64,000 bases of DNA from Parvibaculum sp. (GCA_019635965.1 JAHBYK010000003.1:10386-74385), one strand, 5' to 3'. Positions 42,401-52,998 are shown, counted from the first letter of the stretch. The notes: generated by a model not told the origin, from the sequence alone. Program-made: numbers and translations.

Positions 42401-44314
42401 ATGTCTGAATCCAAGGTGAGGCTCGCCGCCGTGAACCAGAATCCTGCAGCAACGCGCGACTTGCTGCGTATCGTCATCGTCGGCCATGTGGACCATGGCA
42501 AGTCGACTCTTGTCGGCCGCATGTTCCATGACACGGGATCGCTTCCCGACGGCAAGTATGAGGCGATCAAGGCGGTTTGCGAAAAGCGCGGTGTGCCCTT
42601 CGAATGGGCGTTCCTGATGGATGCGCTGCAGGCGGAACGCGATCAGGGCATCACGATCGACACCAGCCAGATCTGGTTCAAGACGGATGCGCGCGACTAC
42701 ACGATCATCGACGCGCCTGGCCACAAGGAATTCCTCAAGAACATGATCACCGGCGCGGCGCAGTCCGATGCCGCACTTCTGATCATCGATGCGGCAGAAG
42801 GTGTCCGTGAACAGTCTCGCCGTCATGGATATCTGCTGCATCTTCTCGGCATTCGCCAGGTCGCCGTCGCCGTCAACAAGATGGACCTGATCGGCTACGA
42901 GAAAGAACAGTTCGATCTCATCGAGCAGGAATATCGGGACTATCTGGCGTCGATCGGCGTGACGCCGACTTTCGTCATTCCGGTTTCGGCCCGTCAGGGC
43001 GACAATATCGTCACCCAGTCCACGGCGATGCCTTGGTACAAGGGACCGACAATCGTGAGAGCGCTGGACAGTTTCATGCCCAATGCCTCGCCCGTGGACC
43101 GTCCCTTGCGCTTCCCGGTTCAGGATGTCTACAAGTTCGACCAGCGGCGCATCATTGCCGGCCGCATCGAAGAAGGCAGGATAAAGGTCGGCGACGAGAT
43201 CATTTTCTCTCCGTCGAACAAAACCGCCCGTGTACAGAGCATCGAGGCCTGGTCGGCGATCCCCGGTAAACCCCTGCCGCAGGAAGGTGTGGCGGGTGAG
43301 TCGATCGGCATAACGCTGGATGAACAGATTTTCGTCGAACGCGGCGAGCTCATCAGCCATATCGCGCACGCGCCAATCGAAACCGACGTGTTCCGCGCCC
43401 GCATCTTCTGGCTTGGCCATGAGCCGATGATGAAGGGCAAGAGCTATCGTATCAAACTCGGCACGATGGAAGCGCCGGTGACGGTGCAGTCGATCGAGAG
43501 CATCATCGACACGAGCGACCTGTCGAACACGTCCTCGCATCAGGTGGAGCGCAATCAGGTTGCCGAGGTCGTGCTCCGCTCGCGCCGCATGCTTGCGCTG
43601 GACGAGTTCAACTCTGCGCCCAAGACAGGCCGTTTCGTGCTGATCGACAAGTACGATATTGCCGGCGGCGGTATCATCTCGATGGAAGGCTATGCCAACC
43701 AGCGCGACCTGATCACGGCCCGCTCGACGAATATCACCCGTGTCGAACATGGCATCACGCCCGAGGCGCGTGCCTTCCGCAATGGGCACCGTGGCGGCGT
43801 GCTGTGGTTCACCGGCCTTTCGGGTGCGGGCAAATCCACGGTCGCGGTGGCGCTTGAGAAGAAGCTCTTCGAGAAGGGCTATAACGTCTATGTTCTCGAT
43901 GGCGATAATGTCCGCCACGGTCTCAACGCCAATCTGAGCTTTTCGCCGGAGGACCGCGCAGAAAACATCCGCCGCGTTGGCGAAGTGTCGGCGCTTTTTG
44001 CGCGTGCCGGCATGATTGCCATTACCTCCTTCATCTCCCCCTACCGGTCGGATCGTGACCGGGCGAGGGCGGCCATGAACGGCACGGATTTCCACGAAAT
44101 CTACGTCAAGGCAGACGTGGCCACCTGCGAAGCACGCGACCCGAAGGGCCTCTACAAGAAGGCGCGGGCGGGCGAAATCAAGGACTTCACCGGCATTTCG
44201 GCGCCTTATGAAGAGCCGGAAAATGCCGAGCTTGTTCTCGATACGTCGGCGCTGTCGGTTGAGGAGTCCGTCGAGCGGCTCGTCAACTATGTGGAGATGA
44301 AGTTCAAGGTATAA
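42401..44314 (+). CDS. cysNC: Bifunctional sulfate adenylyltransferase subunit 1/APS kinase (CysNC/NodQ-like)
   Basis: [14 protein letters not shown] and NKMD GTPase motifs; C-terminal [21 protein letters not shown] and DPKGLY APS kinase motifs. Confidence 0.95.
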   Translation: MSESKVRLAAVNQNPAATRDLLRIVIVGHVDHGKSTLVGRMFHDTGSLPDGKYEAIKAVCEKRGVPFEWAFLMDALQAERDQGITIDTSQIWFKTDARDYTIIDAPGHKEFLKNMITGAAQSDAALLIIDAAEGVREQSRRHGYLLHLLGIRQVAVAVNKMDLIGYEKEQFDLIEQEYRDYLASIGVTPTFVIPVSARQGDNIVTQSTAMPWYKGPTIVRALDSFMPNASPVDRPLRFPVQDVYKFDQRRIIAGRIEEGRIKVGDEIIFSPSNKTARVQSIEAWSAIPGKPLPQEGVAGESIGITLDEQIFVERGELISHIAHAPIETDVFRARIFWLGHEPMMKGKSYRIKLGTMEAPVTVQSIESIIDTSDLSNTSSHQVERNQVAEVVLRSRRMLALDEFNSAPKTGRFVLIDKYDIAGGGIISMEGYANQRDLITARSTNITRVEHGITPEARAFRNGHRGGVLWFTGLSGAGKSTVAVALEKKLFEKGYNVYVLDGDNVRHGLNANLSFSPEDRAENIRRVGEVSALFARAGMIAITSFISPYRSDRDRARAAMNGTDFHEIYVKADVATCEARDPKGLYKKARAGEIKDFTGISAPYEEPENAELVLDTSALSVEESVERLVNYVEMKFKV

Positions 44315-44349
44315 CCTTTACCGGGATTGATTCCGGGTGAGGGTTTGAG

Positions 44350-45336
44350 ATGAGCGTTCTGGTCACTGGCGGCGCGGGCTATATCGGCAGCCACGCCGTA
44401 ATCGATCTGCTGAGGGCGGGGGAGGAGGTCGTCGTGATCGACGACCTCTCCACCGGCTTCGACTGGGCGGTGCAGGAGGCCGCCACGCTGCATCTTGGCG
44501 ATATTGCCGATGCCGGTCTGATTGACCGCGTTCTGAGCGAGCATGATGTCGAAGCCGTGATCCATTTCGCGGGCTCGATCGTGGTGCCGGAGTCCGTTGA
44601 AAATCCGCTCAAATACTATTCCAACAACACAGCCAAATCGCGCACGCTGATCGAGCGATGCGTTGCGGGCGGCGTGAAGCATTTCATCTTTTCCTCGACG
44701 GCTGCCGTCTATGGCATGGTCGGCATTGAGCCGGTGAAAGAAGACACCATGCTTCAGCCGATGTCGCCTTATGGCCGCTCGAAGCTGATGACGGAGTGGA
44801 TGCTCCGGGACGTGGCGGCGGCGCATGACATGACATTTGCGGCGCTGCGCTACTTCAATGTCGCGGGCGGCGACCCGGAGGGGCGCGTCGGCCAGTCGAC
44901 GGCGAATGCCACACATCTCATCAAGGTCGCCTGCCAGACGGCGCTCGGTCAGCGGCCCTATATCGAAGTTTTCGGCGATGACTATCCGACGCCGGATGGC
45001 ACATGTATCCGGGATTATATCCATGTGAGCGATCTCGTTGCGGCGCATACGGCGGCGCTTCGTCATCTTCGCAAGGGCGGGGAAAGTTTCATTGCCAATT
45101 GCGGCTATGGCCATGGGTTCTCCGTGCGCGAGGTGCTCGGCGCGGTGGAGCGGGTGGCGGGCCACAGCTTCGAGATCCGGCAGGCTCCCCGCCGGGCGGG
45201 CGATCCGGCGTCGGTCGTTTCCGACCCAACGCTTATCAAAAGCACGCTTGGCTGGATGCCCGCCTATGACGATCTCGACACGATCGTCACTCATGCACTG
45301 GCCTGGGAAAAGCGGCTGGCGGAGCGTAATCGCTAG
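44350..45336 (+). CDS. galE: UDP-glucose 4-epimerase
   Basis: TGGAGYIGSH, FSSTAAVYG, YGRSK, LRYFN and GTCIRDYIHV. Confidence 0.96.
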   Translation: MSVLVTGGAGYIGSHAVIDLLRAGEEVVVIDDLSTGFDWAVQEAATLHLGDIADAGLIDRVLSEHDVEAVIHFAGSIVVPESVENPLKYYSNNTAKSRTLIERCVAGGVKHFIFSSTAAVYGMVGIEPVKEDTMLQPMSPYGRSKLMTEWMLRDVAAAHDMTFAALRYFNVAGGDPEGRVGQSTANATHLIKVACQTALGQRPYIEVFGDDYPTPDGTCIRDYIHVSDLVAAHTAALRHLRKGGESFIANCGYGHGFSVREVLGAVERVAGHSFEIRQAPRRAGDPASVVSDPTLIKSTLGWMPAYDDLDTIVTHALAWEKRLAERNR

Positions 45337-45467
45337 GGCTTTGCTTCTACCCGCGCCTCAGGGAATCGGGGCAACATAGTGAAATATAAATTTATTTCCC
45401 CGCTAATATGCCGGGAGGCACATTTCGCGCGGGGCAGCGCGGAAGAAAACGGAGACGAGCCGAGGCC

Positions 45468-46832
45468 ATGACGTCGAACGCCCTTACCACTGTCATTCTG
45501 GCGGCGGGGAAAGGCACGCGAATGAAATCGCGTTTGCCAAAGGTCCTGCATCCGATTGCGGGCCGTCCGATGCTTGGCCATGTCCTGGCGGCGGCAACCG
45601 GGCTCGACAGCACGAAAACCGTGCTCGTTGCCGGACCGGGCATGGACGACGTGGCAGGGTATGCGCGCAACATGGCCGCCAATGTAAGCATCGCCATTCA
45701 GCAAAGCCAGCTCGGAACGGGCGATGCCGCCAGGGCGGCTGCAACGCAGATCTCCAACAGGGATGGCGTCGTTCTTTTCGTCTTCGGCGACACGCCTCTT
45801 GTGCGGCGCGAGACGCTCTCGGACATGGTGGAGCGCTGCCGCAAGGAGAGCGACATCGTCATTCTTGCTTTCGAGGCGGCGGACCCCACAGGCTACGGCC
45901 GTGTCGTGCGCGAGGGTGAAGAGGTGAAGCGTATCGTCGAGCACAAGGATGCAAGTGAGGAGATCCGTTCAATACGGCTCTGCTTCGGCGGACCAATGGC
46001 TGTCCGCGCGGCGCATCTTCAGGCGCTTCTTGCGACACTCACAAATGACAATGCACAGGGCGAATATTATCTGACGGATTTCGTCGCGCATGGCCGCGCG
46101 GCGGGCCTGAGCTGCAGCGCAGTCATCTGCCCGGAGAGCGACATTCAGGGTGTTAACAGCCGCGCCGATCTCGCTGCCGCCGAAGGCGTGATGCAGGACC
46201 GGTTGCGCGCGGCCGCGATGGCGGAGGGCGTCACCTTCCTCGATCCCGATACGGTCTATCTCAGCCATGACACGGTATTTGGCGAGGATGTCACCGTTGG
46301 ACAGAATGTCGTCTTTGCGCCGGGCTGCCGGATCGGCTCAGGCGCGACGATAAAGGCCTTCTCGCATCTCGAAGGTGCTGAAATCGGCGAAGGCGCGGAG
46401 ATTGGCCCTTTCGCTCGCCTGCGGCCCGGAACATTTGTCGGCCGCAAGGCAAAGATTGGAAACTTTGTCGAGACAAAGAAGGCGAGGATCGAGGACGGCG
46501 CCAAGATCAGCCACCTCTCCTATATCGGCGATGCGCGTGTCGGCCCGGAAGCGAATATCGGCGCGGGCACGATCACCTGCAATTATGATGGTTACAACAA
46601 GTTCTTCACCGATATCGGCGCTGGCGCCTTTGTCGGCTCCAACTCGTCGCTCGTCGCGCCGGTCAAGATCGGCGACGGCGCCTATGTCGGTTCCGGAAGC
46701 GTCGTGACGAAGGATGTCGCACCGGACGCGCTGGCAGTCGCACGCGGAAAGCAGTTCGAGAAATCCGGCTGGGCGGCCGGGTTCCGGGCGAAGAACGAAA
46801 CTGCCAAGCAAAAGAAGTCTTCAGGTGATTAG
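45468..46832 (+). CDS. glmU: Bifunctional GlmU
   Basis: LAAGKGTRMKS, GYGRV, GEYYLTD, hexapeptide repeats and ITCNYDG. Confidence 0.97.
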   Translation: MTSNALTTVILAAGKGTRMKSRLPKVLHPIAGRPMLGHVLAAATGLDSTKTVLVAGPGMDDVAGYARNMAANVSIAIQQSQLGTGDAARAAATQISNRDGVVLFVFGDTPLVRRETLSDMVERCRKESDIVILAFEAADPTGYGRVVREGEEVKRIVEHKDASEEIRSIRLCFGGPMAVRAAHLQALLATLTNDNAQGEYYLTDFVAHGRAAGLSCSAVICPESDIQGVNSRADLAAAEGVMQDRLRAAAMAEGVTFLDPDTVYLSHDTVFGEDVTVGQNVVFAPGCRIGSGATIKAFSHLEGAEIGEGAEIGPFARLRPGTFVGRKAKIGNFVETKKARIEDGAKISHLSYIGDARVGPEANIGAGTITCNYDGYNKFFTDIGAGAFVGSNSSLVAPVKIGDGAYVGSGSVVTKDVAPDALAVARGKQFEKSGWAAGFRAKNETAKQKKSSGD

Positions 46833-46835
46833 AGT

Positions 46836-48659
46836 ATGTGCGGAATTGTCGGCATCATCGGTCAGAAGCCCGTCGCGCCCGTTATCCTCGAGGCGCTGAA
46901 GCGGCTCGAGTATCGCGGTTATGACAGCGCGGGGATCGCGACGCTTTCCGGTGGCGAGATCGACCGCCGCCGCGCCGAAGGCAAGCTCTTCAACCTCGAA
47001 AAGATGCTCGATGAATGGCCTCTCGACGGCACGATAGGCATTGGGCATACGCGCTGGGCAACGCATGGTGCCCCGACCGAGCGCAATGCTCATCCTCATG
47101 CAACGGATCGCGTCGCCATCGTCCATAACGGCATCATCGAGAATTTCCGGGAGCTGCGTGAAAGGCTCACCGCGGAAGGCGCGAAATTCGTCACCGAGAC
47201 GGACAGTGAAGTGATTGCGCATCTCGTGACGTCCTATCTCGACAAGGGGCTCGATGCGCGCGCGGCGGCGGCGGCCGCGATCAAGGAGCTTGAGGGCGCA
47301 TTTGCTCTCGGCATTATTTTCCGCGGCGATGAAGACCTGATGATAGGGGCCCGTCAGGGAAGCCCGCTCGCCGTCGGCTATGGCGACGGGGCGATGTATC
47401 TCGGCTCCGATGCCTTTGCGCTCGCGCCCATGACGAACCGTGTGTCCTTTCTGGAGGAAGGCGACCGGGTGGAAATCACGCGGTCGGGCGCCGTCATTCA
47501 CGATGCGAGCGGCAAGGTCGTCAAGCGCCCGATCAAGATCACCGACGTTTCCGCGGCGCTTGTCGACAAGGGCAATCACCGGCACTTCATGGCGAAGGAA
47601 ATCTTCGAGCAGCCGGAAGTGATCGGTCATACGCTTTCGGAATATCTCGATCCGCTCAGCGACACGCTGCGAGAGATTTCAATTCCCGCCGATCTCGCCT
47701 CCGTGCCGCGCATCACCATTGTCGCCTGCGGCACCGCCTTTTACGCCGGTCTCGTCGCCAAATACTGGTTCGAGAAATATGCGCGCGTGCCGGTCGAGGT
47801 CGATATCGCTTCCGAGTTCCGCTACCGCGAGGCAGCGATGCCGGCCGGGGGGCTTGCCGTTTTCATATCGCAATCCGGCGAGACGGCAGACACATTGGCA
47901 GCGCTTCACTATTGCAGATCGCAAGGTCAGAAAATCCTTTCTGTCGTGAATGTGACGGAGTCCTCCATTGCGCGGGCCTCCGATGCAATCCTGCCAACAT
48001 ATGCGGGTCCGGAAATCGGCGTCGCATCGACGAAGGCATTCACCTGTCAGCTTGCCACGCTTGCTGTCCTTGCCGTGCGTACAGGGCTGGCGCGCGGTGC
48101 CATCGCCCCTGCCGATGAAGCACGTCTGGTGCGGACGCTCATGGAAGTGCCGCGGCATGTGGCGGATGCGCTGACGCAGGATCAGGCGATTCAGGCGATC
48201 AGCGCGGAGATCGCAAAGGCGCGGGACGTGCTCTATCTCGGCCGTGGCCACAACTATCCGATCGCACTTGAGGGCGCCCTGAAGCTGAAGGAAATCTCCT
48301 ACATTCACGCGGAAGGTTATGCCGCAGGCGAGCTGAAGCATGGGCCGATTGCGCTGATCGACGAGGCGGTTCCTGTCGTTGTGATTTCGCCGGTCGACAG
48401 CCTTTTCGACAAGACGATTTCCAATATGCAGGAAGTGATCGCTCGCGGGGGCAATGTGCTGCTCATTGCCGACAAGGAGGGCATTGCGCGGGCAGGCGAG
48501 GGGCTCTGGTCGACAATCGAGGTGCCGGCCGTCGACCCGCTGATCGCCCCTATCGTCAATGCGATCCCGGTACAGCTCCTCGCCTATCACACGGCGGTTT
48601 CCAAGGGGACCGACGTGGATCAGCCGCGAAACCTCGCCAAATCCGTCACCGTCGAATAG
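46836..48659 (+). CDS. glmS: Glutamine--fructose-6-phosphate transaminase
   Basis: MCGIVG, LEYRGYDSAG, HTRWATHG, SQSGETADT and PRNLAKSVTVE. Confidence 0.98.
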   Translation: MCGIVGIIGQKPVAPVILEALKRLEYRGYDSAGIATLSGGEIDRRRAEGKLFNLEKMLDEWPLDGTIGIGHTRWATHGAPTERNAHPHATDRVAIVHNGIIENFRELRERLTAEGAKFVTETDSEVIAHLVTSYLDKGLDARAAAAAAIKELEGAFALGIIFRGDEDLMIGARQGSPLAVGYGDGAMYLGSDAFALAPMTNRVSFLEEGDRVEITRSGAVIHDASGKVVKRPIKITDVSAALVDKGNHRHFMAKEIFEQPEVIGHTLSEYLDPLSDTLREISIPADLASVPRITIVACGTAFYAGLVAKYWFEKYARVPVEVDIASEFRYREAAMPAGGLAVFISQSGETADTLAALHYCRSQGQKILSVVNVTESSIARASDAILPTYAGPEIGVASTKAFTCQLATLAVLAVRTGLARGAIAPADEARLVRTLMEVPRHVADALTQDQAIQAISAEIAKARDVLYLGRGHNYPIALEGALKLKEISYIHAEGYAAGELKHGPIALIDEAVPVVVISPVDSLFDKTISNMQEVIARGGNVLLIADKEGIARAGEGLWSTIEVPAVDPLIAPIVNAIPVQLLAYHTAVSKGTDVDQPRNLAKSVTVE

Positions 48660-48825
48660 GCCGATTCGTCTTCAAAAGGGTCCGGCCGATTCCGCGTCCT
48701 TCGTTCAAGCGATTGAATTTGATCGCTTATTCCGTACGCCAGCATGTTTGCAGGCGCCGCGTGCTAGATTGCTGACGGTTATACCTCTCGAATTTCGAAG
48801 AGGGCCAATCGATGCGGAGCGTCCC

Positions 48826-50100
48826 ATGCGAGGCATGATGTCCAGGTTGCGGCAGGTTGGAGCCGTTGCCTTATTCGCCGTCACGCTGGCCGCAACGCCC
48901 GCCGGATCGCAGTTCGCAGGAGCGGCCAGCGCCGAAACGGAAGCCGCCGCGCTTATGAAGGCCGGTGCCGACGCTATTGAGCTCGGGCACTTTGACAAGG
49001 CGGCTGCCGATTTTTCAAACGCACTCGACAGTGGCGGATTGACACCCGAAGGCCGGGCTCTCGCCTGGCATCATCGTGGTGTCGCATTCCAGAAAACCGG
49101 TCAGCAGGATGCCGCAATCGCCGATTACAGCCGGGCCATCGAGTCCGGCAAGCTGCCTCAGAATGTGCTGGCACGGGCTCATTACAACCGGGGGATTGCC
49201 TATGGGCAGGCTGGCGAGAACGAGGCGGCGGAACGCGACTACAGGGCGGCGATAGATCTGTCGCCGGGCTATGCCGCGGCCTATCACAATCTGGCCAATC
49301 TGGAGCGGCGGCGCGGCGCATATGAAAGCGCCGTGACGCACTACACGGCGGCACTTCAGCATATGCAGGGCAGGGAAAAGCGACTTTCGCTCTATGGCCG
49401 CGCGCTTGCACATGAAAGGCTCGGCAACATCGCCGAGGCCGGGGCCGACCTGCGGCAGGCGCTCGTGGCCGACCCGGAATTCGATCTCGCCGCGACGAAA
49501 CTCGCCGCACTTGCGGCACAAGACGATCGCGCCGTCCGCCCGGCTTCGGGAGCAGAAGAAGCCGCCACAACGGCAAGCGTTCTGCCCTCTGCGATCACGC
49601 CGTTTCAGACCGCCTCATCGGGAAATGAAGGGGCACAGATCATCCGCATTTCGAGCATTGGCGGATGGCGGACCACAGCGACGCGTTTTCCGCGTGAGGA
49701 GGCTGCGCCGCCGGCGCTGATTTCCGATGCAGCGCAGGCCAATGATGACATCATCACAGGCTCGCTGAGGCCCGGCGGCGACGTCCCCCGTCCGGCGCCC
49801 ATGGCGCTTGCCAAGGCACAGATGGCGCCGGTAGCCGACCGGGCTGCTCCCGCCCGTTACCGCCTTCAGCTCGGCGCGTTCCGGGACGAGGCCCTTGCCG
49901 AAAAGGCCTGGCGCGAATTGGCGGCCTCGGCCCGCCCGATCGTCGGCAGCGCGGAACCGGCAATCCAGAAAGCCGATCTGGGCGAAAAGGGCGTGTTCTA
50001 CCGGCTGCAGGCAGGCGCCTTCGGTGAGATTGCGGCTGCCAAATCGGCCTGCAAGGCTCTGGAGCGGCAGAAGATCGCCTGTTTTGTGGTCGAAGGCTGA
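48826..50100 (+). CDS. Secreted TPR-repeat plus SPOR-domain protein
   Basis: Signal peptide, about 5 TPRs (AWHHRG, AHYNRG, AYHNLA) and C-terminal SPOR (LQLGAF...GVFYRLQAG...C..L....IAC). Confidence 0.82.
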   Translation: MRGMMSRLRQVGAVALFAVTLAATPAGSQFAGAASAETEAAALMKAGADAIELGHFDKAAADFSNALDSGGLTPEGRALAWHHRGVAFQKTGQQDAAIADYSRAIESGKLPQNVLARAHYNRGIAYGQAGENEAAERDYRAAIDLSPGYAAAYHNLANLERRRGAYESAVTHYTAALQHMQGREKRLSLYGRALAHERLGNIAEAGADLRQALVADPEFDLAATKLAALAAQDDRAVRPASGAEEAATTASVLPSAITPFQTASSGNEGAQIIRISSIGGWRTTATRFPREEAAPPALISDAAQANDDIITGSLRPGGDVPRPAPMALAKAQMAPVADRAAPARYRLQLGAFRDEALAEKAWRELAASARPIVGSAEPAIQKADLGEKGVFYRLQAGAFGEIAAAKSACKALERQKIACFVVEG

Positions 50101-50217
50101 GAATTTACGCAGCGGCGGTTTGGCTGTTTTGCCGCTCTCACGCCGGTAGTTGTAGGCGGCCGCTCATCCCCGGTAAACTCTGGCCAACAATAACCGATTT
50201 TCGGAAAGGGGAGACGT

Positions 50218-51726
50218 ATGGCCCAGCAATCCGTGGGGCTTACCGCCTATGGCGGCTACATTCCGCGCCTCAGACTGCAGCGCAAAGCCGTGGCCCAGGC
50301 AAATGCCTGGGTGGCGCCCAACTTCCTCGGCAAGGGGAAGGGCGAGCGCTCGATGGCGAACTGGGATGAGGATGCCGTAACGATGGCCGTCGAGGCCGCG
50401 CGCGACCTGCTCGGGCCGGATGACGACCGCTCCCATGTAGATGCGCTCTATTTCGGCTCCACCACCATGCCGTTCAAGGATCGTCTCAACAGCGGCATCA
50501 TCGCGGCGGCGCTGACGCTTGAACAGAGCGTGCGGGCCGTGGACGTCGCCTCGACGCAGCGTGCAGGCACCTCGGCGCTCATGCAGGCGCTTTCCGCAGT
50601 TAAGGCCGGCGAGGCGAAGAACGCGCTCGTCCTCGCCTCAGATCACCGCAAGACCAAGGCCGTTACCTCGCAGGAGCTCGATTTCGGCGATGGCGCGGCC
50701 GCCGTCATGGTGGGTACGGACAATGTGATTGCCCGCTATCTTGGCGGTGCCAGCCTCACCGTTGACTTCGTGGATCACTTCCGCGGCGACACGGAAGAGT
50801 TTGATTACAACTGGGAAGAGCGCTGGATACGCGACGAAGGCTTTTCCAAGATCGTTCCGAAGGCTGTTAAGGCAGCACTTGAGAACTCCGGTATAACCGC
50901 CGGAGACATCAAGCATTTCGTTCTCCCATGCATTTTCGGTGACAAGTTCGCCCAGCAACTTGCCAAACGCTCGGGCATCTCGCCGGACGCGGCGCGGGAT
51001 ACGCTGGCCGCAAATTGCGGCGAGACCGGTGCGGCCCACTCGCTGGTAATGCTGGTTCACACGCTTCAGACCGAGGCCAAACCCGGCGACAAGGTGCTGG
51101 TGCTCCATTTTGGCGGCGGCTGCGATGCTCTCGTTTTCGAGGCGACCGACAAGCTTTCGAGCCAGGCCGGCAAGCGCGGCATTACGGGTTCCCTCAAAAA
51201 CCGCGTCGAGGAAACGAATTACCTGAAGTTCCTCACCTTCAACGGCCTGATCGAATGGGAAAAGGGGATGCGCGCGGAGCAGGACAAGAAGACCGCGCTC
51301 ACCACGCTTTACCGCAATGAAGACATGCTGATGGGCCTTGTGGGCGGGCGCTGCAAGGAAACGGGGGTCGTCCAGTTCCCGCGCTCGCGTATCTCGGTCA
51401 ACCCGAACAAGCATACGGTCGATACGCAGGAGCCCTACAAGTTCGCCGAAAAGAAGGCGAAGATCCTGTCCTGGTCGGCGGACTTCCTGTCCTTCAGCAT
51501 GAACCCGCCTAACCATTATGGCATGGTGGTGTTCGATGAGGGCGGACGCATCATGATGGACTTCACAGATGTGGAGGCCGGCACGGTCGATTCCGGCATG
51601 GAAGTGAAGCTCGTCTTCCGCATCAAGGAATTTGACGAGAAGCGCGGTTTCCGCCGCTATTTCTGGAAGGCGGTACCGATCGCCTCCAGCGCAGCAAAAT
51701 CACAAACGGGCCAGGCGGCCGAATAG
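50218..51726 (+). CDS. HMG-CoA synthase/KAS III-fold protein fused to DUF35 (Zn-ribbon/OB-fold)
   Basis: YGGYIPRLRL, DEDAVTMAVEAA and GDGAAA; C-terminal GRCKETG..QFP...OB fold...YFWKAVP. Confidence 0.82.
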   Translation: MAQQSVGLTAYGGYIPRLRLQRKAVAQANAWVAPNFLGKGKGERSMANWDEDAVTMAVEAARDLLGPDDDRSHVDALYFGSTTMPFKDRLNSGIIAAALTLEQSVRAVDVASTQRAGTSALMQALSAVKAGEAKNALVLASDHRKTKAVTSQELDFGDGAAAVMVGTDNVIARYLGGASLTVDFVDHFRGDTEEFDYNWEERWIRDEGFSKIVPKAVKAALENSGITAGDIKHFVLPCIFGDKFAQQLAKRSGISPDAARDTLAANCGETGAAHSLVMLVHTLQTEAKPGDKVLVLHFGGGCDALVFEATDKLSSQAGKRGITGSLKNRVEETNYLKFLTFNGLIEWEKGMRAEQDKKTALTTLYRNEDMLMGLVGGRCKETGVVQFPRSRISVNPNKHTVDTQEPYKFAEKKAKILSWSADFLSFSMNPPNHYGMVVFDEGGRIMMDFTDVEAGTVDSGMEVKLVFRIKEFDEKRGFRRYFWKAVPIASSAAKSQTGQAAE

Positions 51727-51738
51727 GGAGAGACGAAC

Positions 51739-52941
51739 ATGGCGTCAGGTATCAAGGACAAGGTCGCGATCCTCGGCATGGGTTGCTCCAAATTCGGCGA
51801 ACGCTGGGATGCGGGCCCGGAAGAACTGATGGTCGAGGCCTATCTCGAGGCGATGCAGGATGCGGGCATCGAGCCGACGCAGCTCGATGCGGCATGGTTC
51901 TCGACCCATATCGACGAGATCGGTACGGGCAAGGGCGGTACGCCGCTGTCGCTGGCGCTCCGGCTGCCGAACATTGCGGTGACGCGCGTCGAAAACTTCT
52001 GTGCTTCCGGTTCCGAGGCGCTGCGCGGCGCGGTCTATGCCGTGGCATCGGGCGCGGCTGATATTGCGCTTGCCGTCGGTGTCGAGAAGCTCAAGGACAC
52101 CGGCTATGGCGGTTTGCCTGTCGGCAATATGGGGACGCTCAATCCGCAATGGTCGCCGTCGGGCTCCGCGCCGGGCAATTTCGCGCAGCTTGCCTCCGCC
52201 TACCGGGCGAAGCACGGCGTCAGCAAGGAAGACCTGAAGCGCGCCATTGCCCATGTCTCGGTGAAGAGCCATGCGAACGGTGCGAAAAACCCGAAGGCGC
52301 ATCTGCGCAACGAGGTGACGGAAGAGCAGGTCCTCAATGCGCCGATGATTGCCGAACCGCTTGGCCTCTTCGACTGCTGCGGCGTGTCGGACGGTGCGGC
52401 GGCGGCCATCGTGACGACGCCGGAAATTGCCAAGGCGATGGGAAAGAAGAACATCGTCACCGTGAAGGCGATGCAGCTTTCCGTCTCGAACGGCCTCGAA
52501 AGCCAGCACAACAGCTGGGACGGCAGCTACTTCCACACCGCGCGCATTGCCGCCAAGAAGGCCTACAAGGAGGCCGGTATCGACAATCCGCGCGAGCAGG
52601 TCAGCATGATGGAGGTGCATGATTGCTTCTCGGTGACGGAGCTGGTGACCATGGAAGACCTTTTCATCTCGCCCGAAGGCGGCGCGGTGAAGGATGTCAT
52701 GGACGGCTTCTATGACGCCGATGGCAAGGTGCCTTGCCAGATCGACGGCGGTCTCAAGTGCTTCGGCCACCCGATCGGCGCATCGGGCCTGCGCATGGCC
52801 TATGAGATGTATCTCCAGCTTCAGGGCCGGGCCGGCGAGCGCCAGTTGCCTAACCCCAAGATCGGCCTGACCCACAATCTGGGCGGGGCTCCCTCCCAGA
52901 ATGTCTGTTCTGTGACGATCATTGGCGCCCACGGTGCCTGA
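51739..52941 (+). CDS. SCP2-type thiolase (acetyl-CoA acyltransferase)
   Basis: VENFCASG (catalytic Cys), NPKAH, SDGAAA, EVHDCF, GHPIGASG and THNLGG. Confidence 0.9.
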   Translation: MASGIKDKVAILGMGCSKFGERWDAGPEELMVEAYLEAMQDAGIEPTQLDAAWFSTHIDEIGTGKGGTPLSLALRLPNIAVTRVENFCASGSEALRGAVYAVASGAADIALAVGVEKLKDTGYGGLPVGNMGTLNPQWSPSGSAPGNFAQLASAYRAKHGVSKEDLKRAIAHVSVKSHANGAKNPKAHLRNEVTEEQVLNAPMIAEPLGLFDCCGVSDGAAAAIVTTPEIAKAMGKKNIVTVKAMQLSVSNGLESQHNSWDGSYFHTARIAAKKAYKEAGIDNPREQVSMMEVHDCFSVTELVTMEDLFISPEGGAVKDVMDGFYDADGKVPCQIDGGLKCFGHPIGASGLRMAYEMYLQLQGRAGERQLPNPKIGLTHNLGGAPSQNVCSVTIIGAHGA

Positions 52942-52968
52942 GGCCGGGAGAAAATAATTCATGTGAAG

Positions 52969-52998
52969 AAGGCCGGGATTTCATTCCCGGCCTTTTTT
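52969..52998 (+). terminator. Intrinsic terminator
   Basis: AAGGCCGGGA-TTTCAT-TCCCGGCC-TTTTTT. Confidence 0.88.
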
